Positions 52,305 through 60,494 of a stretch of DNA of 64,000 nt are shown here, piece by piece (position 1 is the stretch's first letter; every line of letters begins with the position of its first letter). Where the stretch lies: contig JAJYLR010000001.1 in assembly GCA_021787535.1 (NCBI GenBank), positions 556,321-620,320 on the forward strand, given 5' to 3'. The position numbers and the translations under genes are program-made. This DNA comes from a bacterium (GTDB lineage Bacteria > Patescibacteriota > CPR2 > UBA1875 > JAJYID01). The notes under the pieces were generated by a model, which saw only the letters and a list, made by a program, of their open reading frames with translations, did no database searches and was not told the DNA's origin.

Positions 52305-52655
52305 ATGAGTAAAGACATCATAACAGCTGACCAGCAAGAAAGCTCCACCCAGTTTAAAGCCCATGCACGGCTTTTGGTGCTTTTTGGGATCTTTCTTATT
52401 TTGGCCGCGGGAGCGGGAATTTCACTTCTCACCCTCAGGGGCAGTGGTCAAAAAACAACAAACACAATCTCATCCGCAAACCATAATGCTAGCCCAAGCC
52501 CTTCGGCCAGTACCGTAACCAGCGCTAACACCTCGGATAGCCAGTTAAACAGCGATGTAAATACTCTAAACAGCCAGTTGAACAGTATCGACCAAGGCTT
52601 AAACAGCACAAATAGCGCCATGAGTGACCAGCAAACTAACCTAAACTCAAACTAG
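52305..52655 (+). CDS. Membrane-anchored S/T/N-rich hypothetical protein
   Basis: TTGACA promoter-like site upstream; one TM followed by a short coiled coil. Confidence 0.75.
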   Translation: MSKDIITADQQESSTQFKAHARLLVLFGIFLILAAGAGISLLTLRGSGQKTTNTISSANHNASPSPSASTVTSANTSDSQLNSDVNTLNSQLNSIDQGLNSTNSAMSDQQTNLNSN

Positions 52656-52663
52656 GAGGAAAT

Positions 52664-53467
52664 ATGAGAAACAAAATACTTGCATATTTAACCATCGCGG
52701 CCACAGCCATAATGCCGGTACAATCCTTAGCTATAGGAAAGATGAATGTGAATGCTATGCCAAACACTGCTAATCAGCAAGCTGCTCAAACACAAGCAAA
52801 CAGCCAGAAGATGACAAACCTGCGCCAAAGAGGAGATCAGGAAATCAACCGAAGAATCACCGCCCTCAATCGGTTAATTTCTATGATTAATGCCATGAAA
52901 AAGATAAGCGGAGACCAAAAATCATCATTTGTGAGCCAGGTCAACTCCTACATTACAGAGCTTAACAACTTAAAGAATAAAATTGATGCTGACACCGATC
53001 TTGACACCATGAAAACTGACATTCAATCGATTGTGAGTGATTATAGAGTTTTTGTTCTCTTTATGCCCAAGATTACCATTCTAGCCACGGCCGATAAATT
53101 AAGCGACATTTCCGACCAACTAACAACATTTGCCGGTAAATTACAGACCAGAATTACTGCCGATCAGCAAGCCGGGAAAGATGTAACGTCATTGAATACG
53201 GAATTGTCTGATATGCAAGCAAAGATCGCTGATGCCAAAACTCAGGCCGCAAATGTAGAAAACGCTGTTATGACACTTGATCCAAGCGGTTACCCGGGAA
53301 ACAGAACAGGGCTTGAAACCGGACGAACTGACCTTCAAACCGGTAGAACAGATGTAAAAAATGCTATTGCCGATGCCCGAGAAATTATCCAAGGATTAAA
53401 AACACTGGAAGGCACAGGCACAAATACAACACCGCCTTCAGGTACAGCTGCTCCAACTAATCAATAG
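52664..53467 (+). CDS. Secreted coiled-coil hypothetical protein
   Basis: AGGAGG RBS; signal-peptide-like N-terminus; helical repeats. Confidence 0.8.
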   Translation: MRNKILAYLTIAATAIMPVQSLAIGKMNVNAMPNTANQQAAQTQANSQKMTNLRQRGDQEINRRITALNRLISMINAMKKISGDQKSSFVSQVNSYITELNNLKNKIDADTDLDTMKTDIQSIVSDYRVFVLFMPKITILATADKLSDISDQLTTFAGKLQTRITADQQAGKDVTSLNTELSDMQAKIADAKTQAANVENAVMTLDPSGYPGNRTGLETGRTDLQTGRTDVKNAIADAREIIQGLKTLEGTGTNTTPPSGTAAPTNQ

Positions 53468-53484
53468 CTATTACGAGAATTAAC

Positions 53485-53515
53485 CTAAAAACCCGCCGAA
53501 ATAGCGGGTTTTTAG
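53485..53515. terminator. Bidirectional terminator
   Basis: ctaaaaacccgc-cgaaata-gcgggtttttag between convergent genes. Confidence 0.85.
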
Positions 53516-53958
53516 ATAGCCCTTAGTTCTTTCAGTGCTTTCTCATAATATTCCATGGCCCTTTTTACTTCCGGGTACAGGAGCTCGTGTCCGGCTTCAT
53601 GAGCGACTCGATTTCTAACCTTATGAGCTTTCCAAAGGTTGTCATAGTCGCTATAGTTTACGAAGCAGCTTCTTGATTTTTTAAGACGGTCGGCCATAGT
53701 TCCGTTAACACCGACTTTAGATTTTAAAACATAATCAACCAGCTTATCAGCCTCAACTATTGCCGCCTTATAAGCACTGGGCTGTTTTTGCTTAACAAGA
53801 CTCTCGGCCTCTTGCCATTTTTGCCAGATCATCCTCCGGTCAAGCGGTCCTTTCTTATTAACAAATCCTTTAAATATCCAGCCCTTTTTAATAAGCACAG
53901 CAAAGACAGCCGCGAAAACTCCGACAAAAAGTATTAAATATAAAAATGTTGTGTCCAT
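53512..53958 (-). CDS. Membrane-anchored hypothetical protein with RxxxxH (HEPN-like) motif
   Basis: N-terminal TM; EADKLVD...RNRVAH. Confidence 0.7.
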   Translation of the reverse strand: MDTTFLYLILFVGVFAAVFAVLIKKGWIFKGFVNKKGPLDRRMIWQKWQEAESLVKQKQPSAYKAAIVEADKLVDYVLKSKVGVNGTMADRLKKSRSCFVNYSDYDNLWKAHKVRNRVAHEAGHELLYPEVKRAMEYYEKALKELRAI

Positions 53959-54034
53959 ATTTTGAAATTCTATTTTCTAAAACCTAAACAAATTCTAATG
54001 GCCAAATCCCAAAAAATCAAACCAGAAACGTCAT

Positions 54035-54167
54035 GCGGCTATCGGATCGAAAAGCGAGCCTGGGAGTGAACGAACCTTTAAAAATAATTTTGTCTGAGCT
54101 TGCGAGTTAATTTTTTTAAAGATGAGAGAACGAACCAGACGACACTTTGAAATACCGCCTAAGCCGC
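54035..54167. repeat. Long imperfect inverted repeat
   Basis: Nested pairs gcggct/agccgc, aaag/cttt, ctgg/ccag and ctttaaaaa/tttttaaag. Confidence 0.6.
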
Positions 54168-54236
54168 GATTTTTACTATACTTTTTCTAAAAAAGTAGAA
54201 AATATTTCAAATAAATAAGATGTGAATTTGGGGGGG

Positions 54237-54989
54237 CTATTTTCCCGTTATTTCAATCGATTCAATCACGACCTTTTCCTTCGGTTTCGACTCTTCCCCG
54301 CCCGCGCTTTTCTCTACCGGCGTGGCGGCTATTTTCTGAACTGTGTCCATACCGCTTGTCACATTACCGAATATAACATAATTTTTAGGCAATTTACCAC
54401 CCGAGTAGTCGCTTGTCATAATGAAAAATTGCGAGCCGTTGGTGTCTTTGCCGGAGTTTGCCATAGCGATTGTTCCGGGAAGATAATCTTTTGTGATCGG
54501 TTCATCGGGAAATTTGTAGCCAGGCCCGCCGGTACCATCACCTTTCGGGTCTCCGCCCTGAATCATAAAGTCTTTAATGATTCTATGAAATGTCAGACCG
54601 TCGTAAAATCCGCTTTTGGCCAGAAATACGAAATTGTTTACTGTCTTCGGCGTGTCTTTGGCGTCAAGCTCGATAGTAATATCACCATCGCTCGTCTTCA
54701 TGACCACCGTGTACTTTTTGCTTGGGTCTATCACCATCTCCGGATATTTATCGTAATGTTTCACGCTTGCCTCCTTTTTTATCGCGCTCAATTTGCTAGT
54801 TGTTTGGTTAGCCGCCTTCTTGTTTGGCATAAATTTAGCGTAACCATAAGCCCCCACAAGCCCCAACATAATCACTACAAATCCCACAGAAAAAATCTTC
54901 AATAATTTTTTTCGATTTTCCCTTTTCCGTTTTTCCTCCTTAACCCTTTCGATCTTTCTTTCTAGCTTGAGTTTTTGATTTCTTCCCAC
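54237..54989 (-). CDS. Cyclophilin-type peptidyl-prolyl isomerase with N-terminal anchor
   Basis: FHRIIKDFMIQGGDP, AMAN and NGSQFFI motifs. Confidence 0.95.
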   Translation of the reverse strand: MGRNQKLKLERKIERVKEEKRKRENRKKLLKIFSVGFVVIMLGLVGAYGYAKFMPNKKAANQTTSKLSAIKKEASVKHYDKYPEMVIDPSKKYTVVMKTSDGDITIELDAKDTPKTVNNFVFLAKSGFYDGLTFHRIIKDFMIQGGDPKGDGTGGPGYKFPDEPITKDYLPGTIAMANSGKDTNGSQFFIMTSDYSGGKLPKNYVIFGNVTSGMDTVQKIAATPVEKSAGGEESKPKEKVVIESIEITGK

Positions 54990-55012
54990 AGTTTTCTCCT
55001 AATTACACTTGC

Positions 55013-55062
55013 TGTCATTCCGAGCGATCCGACAACCGCCGGACGACAAGCCGAGGAATCCC
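55013..55062. repeat. Long-loop GTCATTC...GAATC repeat
   Basis: tgtcattccgagcg...ccgaggaatccc. Confidence 0.85.
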
Positions 55063-55069
55063 TTGGCTT

Positions 55070-55178
55070 TTAATTTACAATTTACAAGCCCCAATTTTCA
55101 ATGAATGAGTCAATGTTTCAATTTTCAAATTTATTAATTGGGACTTGATTGGTTATTAGTTATTGGAAATTGGTCATT
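55070..55178. repeat. Inverted pair of heptamer repeat tracts
   Basis: aatttacaatttacaagccccaattttcaatgaa...gacttgattggttattagttattggaaattggtcatt. Confidence 0.75.
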
Positions 55179-56669
55179 CTAAACCTTTGGTTTATATTTT
55201 CTCCACTCTTCATTCCCTGTTGCTTTTTCGAACTGATGCGCAACATTCAGTATCTTCGCCTCTTCAAAATGTCCTCCAATAATCTGTATCCCGATCGGCA
55301 ATTTATCAGTTGAAAATCCAGCCGGGACAGAGATTGCCGGAAGACCTGCCAGACTTACCGGAACCGTGAAAACGTCCGCCAAATACATAGAAACAGGATC
55401 TGCCTTTTCGCCAATTTTAAACGCCGGGGTCGGCGCCGTCGGTGTCAGTATCACGTCAACGTGCTCAAATGCCTTTATAAAATCATCATGAATTAATCTC
55501 CTGACTTTGGCCGCCTTCATAAAATATGCATCGTAGTAGCCGCTTGATAAAACATAAGCCCCAAGCATAATTCTCCTCTTTGCCTCGTCGCCGAATCCTT
55601 CATCGCGTGTTTTGAAGTAAGAATCAATTAAATCCTTTGAATTTTTGGCTGAAAAGCCGTATTTTACCCCATCATATCGACCCAAGTTTGAGGATGTTTC
55701 GGCTGTCATTATGATGTAGTACGCCGCCAGCGCATATTCCGTATGAGGCAGGCTGATTTCAATAACTTCTGCTCCCATTTTTTCAAGGGTTAACAAAGAT
55801 TGCTTAAACACCTCGCCAACCTCATCAAATAGTCCCAGCCCAAAATACTCTTTTGGTACGCCTATTTTTAGGCCTTCGATGCCCTTATTCAAATCCTTGG
55901 TGAAATCGGTTGTCATTCTGGCTTGTCCAGAATCGTCCTTTAGTGTGGTCGCATCCTTCGGATCTTCCCCTGCAATCACATTCAAAACTATTGCCGCATC
56001 CTCCACTGTCTTCGTTATCGGCCCGGGACAATCCAGCGATGAGCCCATGGCAATCAGCCCATAACGCGAAACCCTGCCGTATGTCGGCTTTAGGCCTACC
56101 ACCCCGCAGAAACTCGCCGGCTGGCGAATAGATCCGCCGGTGTCTGTGCCAATGGAATATGGCACTTCGCCTGCCGCTACAGCTGCCGCCGAGCCTCCTG
56201 AAGAACCGCCGGAAACCCGGGCCAAATCCCAAGGATTGGGCGTCACACCATAATCGGAGTTCTCAGTTGAGGAACCATGCGCCCAAGCATCACAGTTGTT
56301 TTTTCCGACAACTATTGCTCCGGAGTCTTTTAATTTCTTAACTACGGTCGCATCATACGGCGGAACAAAGTTATCCAGCATCTTGGCACTCGCCGTCGTC
56401 CGCAAATTCCTCGTACAAATCACATCCTTAATCCCCACCGGAATACCTTGCAGAGGACTGTCCTCTGCACTACCGCCTTTGTCATTCTGAGCGACTTCCT
56501 GAAAGGACGAGTCGAAGAATCCCTTTCCCTCGACATCTTCCGCCGTAAGTGTCGTCACGAAAGCATGCAGCTTCGGCTCAACTTCCTTAATCCTACTCAA
56601 ACAAGCAGACAAAATCTCCCGCTTATCCTCTTTTTCTAATTCTTTAATTGGTAAATCTGTAATTTTCAT
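55179..56669 (-). CDS. gatA: Asp/Glu-tRNA amidotransferase subunit A
   Basis: [13 protein letters not shown] and [12 protein letters not shown] amidase signature; start placed at 56669 (MKITD). Confidence 0.97.
   Translation of the reverse strand: MKITDLPIKELEKEDKREILSACLSRIKEVEPKLHAFVTTLTAEDVEGKGFFDSSFQEVAQNDKGGSAEDSPLQGIPVGIKDVICTRNLRTTASAKMLDNFVPPYDATVVKKLKDSGAIVVGKNNCDAWAHGSSTENSDYGVTPNPWDLARVSGGSSGGSAAAVAAGEVPYSIGTDTGGSIRQPASFCGVVGLKPTYGRVSRYGLIAMGSSLDCPGPITKTVEDAAIVLNVIAGEDPKDATTLKDDSGQARMTTDFTKDLNKGIEGLKIGVPKEYFGLGLFDEVGEVFKQSLLTLEKMGAEVIEISLPHTEYALAAYYIIMTAETSSNLGRYDGVKYGFSAKNSKDLIDSYFKTRDEGFGDEAKRRIMLGAYVLSSGYYDAYFMKAAKVRRLIHDDFIKAFEHVDVILTPTAPTPAFKIGEKADPVSMYLADVFTVPVSLAGLPAISVPAGFSTDKLPIGIQIIGGHFEEAKILNVAHQFEKATGNEEWRKYKPKV
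55912..55934 (-). repeat. In-frame REP-like repeat inside gatA (encodes DSGQARMT)
   Basis: Identical to 21171-21193 and 18031-18053. Confidence 0.93.
56479..56523 (-). repeat. Second in-frame REP-like repeat inside gatA (encodes [14 protein letters not shown])
   Basis: Reverse complement gggattcttcgactcgtcctttcaggaagtcgctcagaatgacaa aligns without gaps to 25670-25714. Confidence 0.9.
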
Positions 56670-56747
56670 TTCTCTTTCCCTAAATAGGTCGGATCCTTGC
56701 GTGCTCGCCAGGCCCGACCTCCCAGCAAGCAATTTTTTATTATTCTC

Positions 56748-56855
56748 TTGTCATTCCGACCAAAGTGGAGGAATCCCTTTCCTATTTGTCATTCCGGACT
56801 TGATCCGGAATCTATATAAATCATTCCTGGATCCTGAATCAAGTTCAGGATGACA
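56748..56855. repeat. Cluster of three GTCATTC...GAATC repeats between gatC and gatA
   Basis: gtcattccgaccaaagtggaggaatc; gtcattccggacttgatccggaatc; inverted gatcctgaatcaagttcaggatgac. Confidence 0.9.
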
Positions 56856-56859
56856 TAAT

Positions 56860-57156
56860 TTATTCCAACACCGACTTTACTTTTATAAATCCATCCTCAT
56901 GTTTCGGCGCTTCTGATATAAGCTCTGCCGGCGTACCTTCAATCTTCTCAACTTTATCTTCACGCATCTCGTTTCTCTGCTCTATCCCCGCCGCCATCGG
57001 CTCAACTTTATCCGTATCCACTTCGTTTAATTTTTCTACATAACCTAAAATATCCGCCAAGTCTTTCTGGTACTTGGTAATTTCCTTTTCGGTCAGCCCA
57101 ACCCTCGCCAGCTTCGCCAAATATTCAACTTCTTCTTTTGATATTTTTCCCACCAT
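56860..57156 (-). CDS. gatC: Asp/Glu-tRNA amidotransferase subunit C
   Basis: LAKLARV, MRED and AP...GFIKV motifs; upstream of gatA. Confidence 0.95.
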   Translation of the reverse strand: MVGKISKEEVEYLAKLARVGLTEKEITKYQKDLADILGYVEKLNEVDTDKVEPMAAGIEQRNEMREDKVEKIEGTPAELISEAPKHEDGFIKVKSVLE

Positions 57157-57166
57157 AACTCACTAA

Positions 57167-57733
57167 TTATACCTTATTTTGTTCTGGTATTAAATTTAAT
57201 CCCCAAAATTCATCTAGGGTTTTCTCAAATTTTTTTCTCAAGCCATGGGTATCATTCTCAAGATCATTGAGATACTCATTCATGCCATCAATTAAATCCT
57301 GTCCAAAGTCTTTAACACTAATATTCAAACACTGAGCTTGCCCCATTTTAGTCATTTTTAGATGAGATTGTTTATTGCTGTAGTGTATTCTCCAGGTATA
57401 AATATTATCTTGATAATCCGTTAGTGGCGCTGGCATCCCTGAATGTACTAATTTATGACGATATATCTGCTGAACTAATTTCATTTGATCCTTAGAGTAA
57501 TGCATATATTTAACCATAAATTTTTTAGCGTTATCCGCTTCTTTTCTTTTGTCATACCGACCAGTTAAGTAAGCTCCCATCAAGTCAATATTTGAGAAAC
57601 AATAAAGTAAAGCTACATAGGGAGCTGCTTCAATATGTGAATTTAAACAAAGAGAAACAATTTGGCTAATCGATTCCATCCTTAATTGTATTTGAGCAGC
57701 CCCAAAATATTTATGTGGATCATTAATATTCAT
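57167..57733 (-). CDS. Hypothetical protein with RxxxxH (HEPN-like) motif
   Basis: ID.MG...F...Y...YRHKLVH; AT-rich. Confidence 0.65.
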   Translation of the reverse strand: MNINDPHKYFGAAQIQLRMESISQIVSLCLNSHIEAAPYVALLYCFSNIDLMGAYLTGRYDKRKEADNAKKFMVKYMHYSKDQMKLVQQIYRHKLVHSGMPAPLTDYQDNIYTWRIHYSNKQSHLKMTKMGQAQCLNISVKDFGQDLIDGMNEYLNDLENDTHGLRKKFEKTLDEFWGLNLIPEQNKV

Positions 57734-57735
57734 GT

Positions 57736-59718
57736 TTATTTCACCATCTTCAAGAACTCTTGTTCGTTTAGAATTTTAATTCCTAATTGTTCGGCTTTGG
57801 CGGCTTTGGAGCCAGGATTATCACCAACTACTACAAAATCAGTGGTTTTGGAAACTGAGCCGGATGCGCTGCCGCCATTTGAACGAATCATTTCTTCCGC
57901 CTCATCTCGAGTTAATCCAGAGAGTGAACCGGTGATGACAAATGTCTTGCCGTCCAGCTTATGACGAACTTGCTCGTAGCGAATCTCCACCCCATTTTGC
58001 TGTAATTTCTTGACCAGCTCCAAATTCTTTTTGTTATGAAACCAGTTGTAAATACTTTCTGCTCCGACTGTGCCAATACCTTCAACTCCTTCAAAATCTT
58101 CCTTCTCCGCCTTTTCCAAGTCTTCCAACTGAGCAAATTTTCTGCTCAAATCTGACGCTGTGATAGCGCCGATGTGGCGGATGCCGAGCGCATTTATAAA
58201 CCGCCTGAATGATACCTTTTTGCGCTCATCAATTGACTCGACTAGGTTCTTGGCAGAGGTTTCGGCAAATCTCTCAAGCGGTGTCAGATCGCCCTCGGTA
58301 AGCGCGAAGAGGTCGGCCGCATCCTCAATCAATCCTTCTTCAATTAGCTGCGTAACAATTTTTTCGCCGAGGCCTTCTATATTAAACGCGCTTTTTGAGA
58401 CAAAGTGGCCTATCTTTTGAAGTTCAATGGCAAAGCAGTTGTCGGCCACACATCTTGCTACCGCCTCACCTTCCGGCTTAACAATCGGCCCGCCGCAAAT
58501 CGGACAAGTTTTAGGCATTTTGAAGACTTTTTCTTGTCCTGTGCGCAGATTGGGCAGCGATTGCACCACTTCCGGGATAATATCTCCTGCCTTTTGGATA
58601 ACCACCGTGTCACCGATACGGATGTCTTTCCTGTGGATTTCATCTTCGTTATGAAGTGTCGCCCGAGAAACGGTTGTGCCGGCAACTTTTACCGGCGTGA
58701 AGACAGCAAAGGGCGTCACTGCACCGGTCCGACCAACGTTAACCCTGATGTCTTCCAGTTTTGTTGTTACTTGCTCGGCCGAGAATTTGTAAGCCGCTAC
58801 CCCGCGAGGAGCTTTTCCGACTATACCAAGCCGGCGAACTAAGTCTTCGGAATTTACATTGACCACGGCTCCATCGGTTTGATACGACAGTTTCTTACGC
58901 TTGTCTTCCCACTCTTCTAAAAATTTCTCGGCATCTTTCATAGTCTTGCAATGCCGTGAGTTCGGCTCGACTTTGAATCCTAGCTTTTTTGCCACCTCGT
59001 GTTCTTCCTGATGGGTTTGAATGCCTTCCTTATAAATCGCCCATGCCATGAACTTGAGTTTTCTCTCGGCTACAATGCGCGCATCCAGCTGGCGAAGTGT
59101 GCCGGCCGCCAAGTTTCGAGGATTGGCATATGTTTTCTCTCCCTTTTTCTCCTGCTCGGCATTAACTTTCTCGAATTGTTTATAGTCCATGTAAACCTCA
59201 CCGCGCACCTCCACATCGACAGCTTGGGTTAGCTTCAGAGGAATGCTTTCGATAGTACGAATATTCTGCGTCACATCCTCACCAATCTGGCCGTCGCCTC
59301 TCGTCGCCGCTGTTTTTAAAAATCCTTTTTCATAAGTTAAATAAACGCTTAGTCCGTCCAGTTTCAGCTCCGCATAATAGTCGAGTTTCTCGTTTGGAAT
59401 TAATTTTTGAATCCTCTTTTCCCATTCTTCGAGTTCGCCGAAATCAAACACATCATTGAGTGAAAGTCCGGGGTGAGCATGACGAATTTTTTGAAACTTT
59501 GATAATGGTTTGCCGGCTACCCTTTGAGTCGGCGAATCGGGAGTGACGAGTTCAGGATACTTCTCTTCAATTTGTGAAAGCTCGTGCATCAGGGATGTTT
59601 TGGCCGCTTCGGACACAATCTCCTTATCCAAAACATGGTAGGCGTATCTGATGCGATCAATTTCTTTTCTGAGTTTTTCCGCCCTTTTTCGCGCCTCAAT
59701 TAGAGAAATCTTTTCCAT
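57736..59718 (-). CDS. ligA: NAD-dependent DNA ligase
   Basis: KLDG adenylation motif, C4 zinc finger, HhH and BRCT; start placed at 59718 (MEKIS), with TATAAT 6 nt upstream. Confidence 0.98.
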   Translation of the reverse strand: MEKISLIEARKRAEKLRKEIDRIRYAYHVLDKEIVSEAAKTSLMHELSQIEEKYPELVTPDSPTQRVAGKPLSKFQKIRHAHPGLSLNDVFDFGELEEWEKRIQKLIPNEKLDYYAELKLDGLSVYLTYEKGFLKTAATRGDGQIGEDVTQNIRTIESIPLKLTQAVDVEVRGEVYMDYKQFEKVNAEQEKKGEKTYANPRNLAAGTLRQLDARIVAERKLKFMAWAIYKEGIQTHQEEHEVAKKLGFKVEPNSRHCKTMKDAEKFLEEWEDKRKKLSYQTDGAVVNVNSEDLVRRLGIVGKAPRGVAAYKFSAEQVTTKLEDIRVNVGRTGAVTPFAVFTPVKVAGTTVSRATLHNEDEIHRKDIRIGDTVVIQKAGDIIPEVVQSLPNLRTGQEKVFKMPKTCPICGGPIVKPEGEAVARCVADNCFAIELQKIGHFVSKSAFNIEGLGEKIVTQLIEEGLIEDAADLFALTEGDLTPLERFAETSAKNLVESIDERKKVSFRRFINALGIRHIGAITASDLSRKFAQLEDLEKAEKEDFEGVEGIGTVGAESIYNWFHNKKNLELVKKLQQNGVEIRYEQVRHKLDGKTFVITGSLSGLTRDEAEEMIRSNGGSASGSVSKTTDFVVVGDNPGSKAAKAEQLGIKILNEQEFLKMVK

Positions 59719-59828
59719 AAGTAAATTATAGCGTAAAAAACACCGATTAACCACTGCCAATGCACTGATTTTTTTAGATTCCTTTGCCACTTTTTTCTCC
59801 GTTCCGGTAGTAAATCTCCATTTTGCTA

Positions 59829-59857
59829 TTGACTTCTTAATAGAGATGACGTAATGT
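59829..59857 (+). promoter_or_regulatory. Sigma70-type promoter of candidate ncRNA
   Basis: TTGACT-17nt-TAATGT. Confidence 0.5.
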
Positions 59858-59863
59858 GTGAAT

Positions 59864-60150
59864 ATTCGTGCTTTTACTTCATTTTTTCGCTAGTATTTCT
59901 TGTAGCAATTGAACCTTTCATTTCAGCGTCGCGCTGGCACAATTCCTTTGCTTTCTCTTTATTGGATTGCTAGTGTAACCAGCAAAATAAAGCTTGAACG
60001 GAAACAGAGGGCTGACCCTCACATCTAATGATGTTAGGGCCGTAGGTTAAAACGTGTTTGCGAGACGGTTTTACCCGACGCCTACTGAATCTGTTCAATT
60101 GAGGTCTATGAAGCAGCTCTCTCCAGCTAACTTCCTCTAGGCCTCTTTTT
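59864..60150 (+). ncRNA. Candidate multi-branched structured RNA of about 290 nt
   Basis: Closing helix CAATTGAAC/GTTCAATTG, four internal hairpins, 3' hairpin plus T-tract, no ORF of 60 aa or more. Confidence 0.55.
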
Positions 60151-60191
60151 CTTGCTCTTCTAAAGAAATCTTTTCCATAAAGCTATTATAA
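60137..60191 (-). pseudogene. Degenerate duplicate of the ligA -10 box and first codons
   Basis: TATAAT-6nt-ATG GAA AAG ATT TCT TTA GAA GAG (MEKISLEE) vs ligA ATG GAA AAG ATT TCT CTA ATT GAG (MEKISLIE), 460 bp apart. Confidence 0.75.
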
Positions 60192-60214
60192 CAAACTTAA
60201 CCCTCTAATTCATC

Positions 60215-60294
60215 GTCATTCTGGCCTGCCCAGAATCCCGTAGAAATAGATCCTGGTCAAGCCAGGATGACAAAAAAACGGGATCCGAAATGAC
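60215..60294. repeat. Inverted pair of GTCATTC...GAATC repeats plus a partial copy
   Basis: gtcattctggcctgcccagaatc ... gatcctggtcaagccaggatgac ... gatccgaaatgac. Confidence 0.88.
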
Positions 60295-60494
60295 ATGGTG
60301 AGCGGTAAATTATGCCAAAAAAGAGAGCCGAAACCTCTCTTTTTTACTATGTTCTAACTTGTTCAAATGATGGAATTGTTGGAATGAAACATTTAAGGAA
60401 AATGTAGGAGTTGAGTAATCGCTTCGCTTATTGGAATCGTTGGAGACGTATGCAATAAGTCACAACTAAAGCAATGCAAAATTTCAAACTTTTT

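Noticed and set aside
59906-60101. 6S RNA
   Set aside because: The length fits, but the interior pairs as several local hairpins rather than one rod with a central bubble. Not fully excluded without a covariance model.
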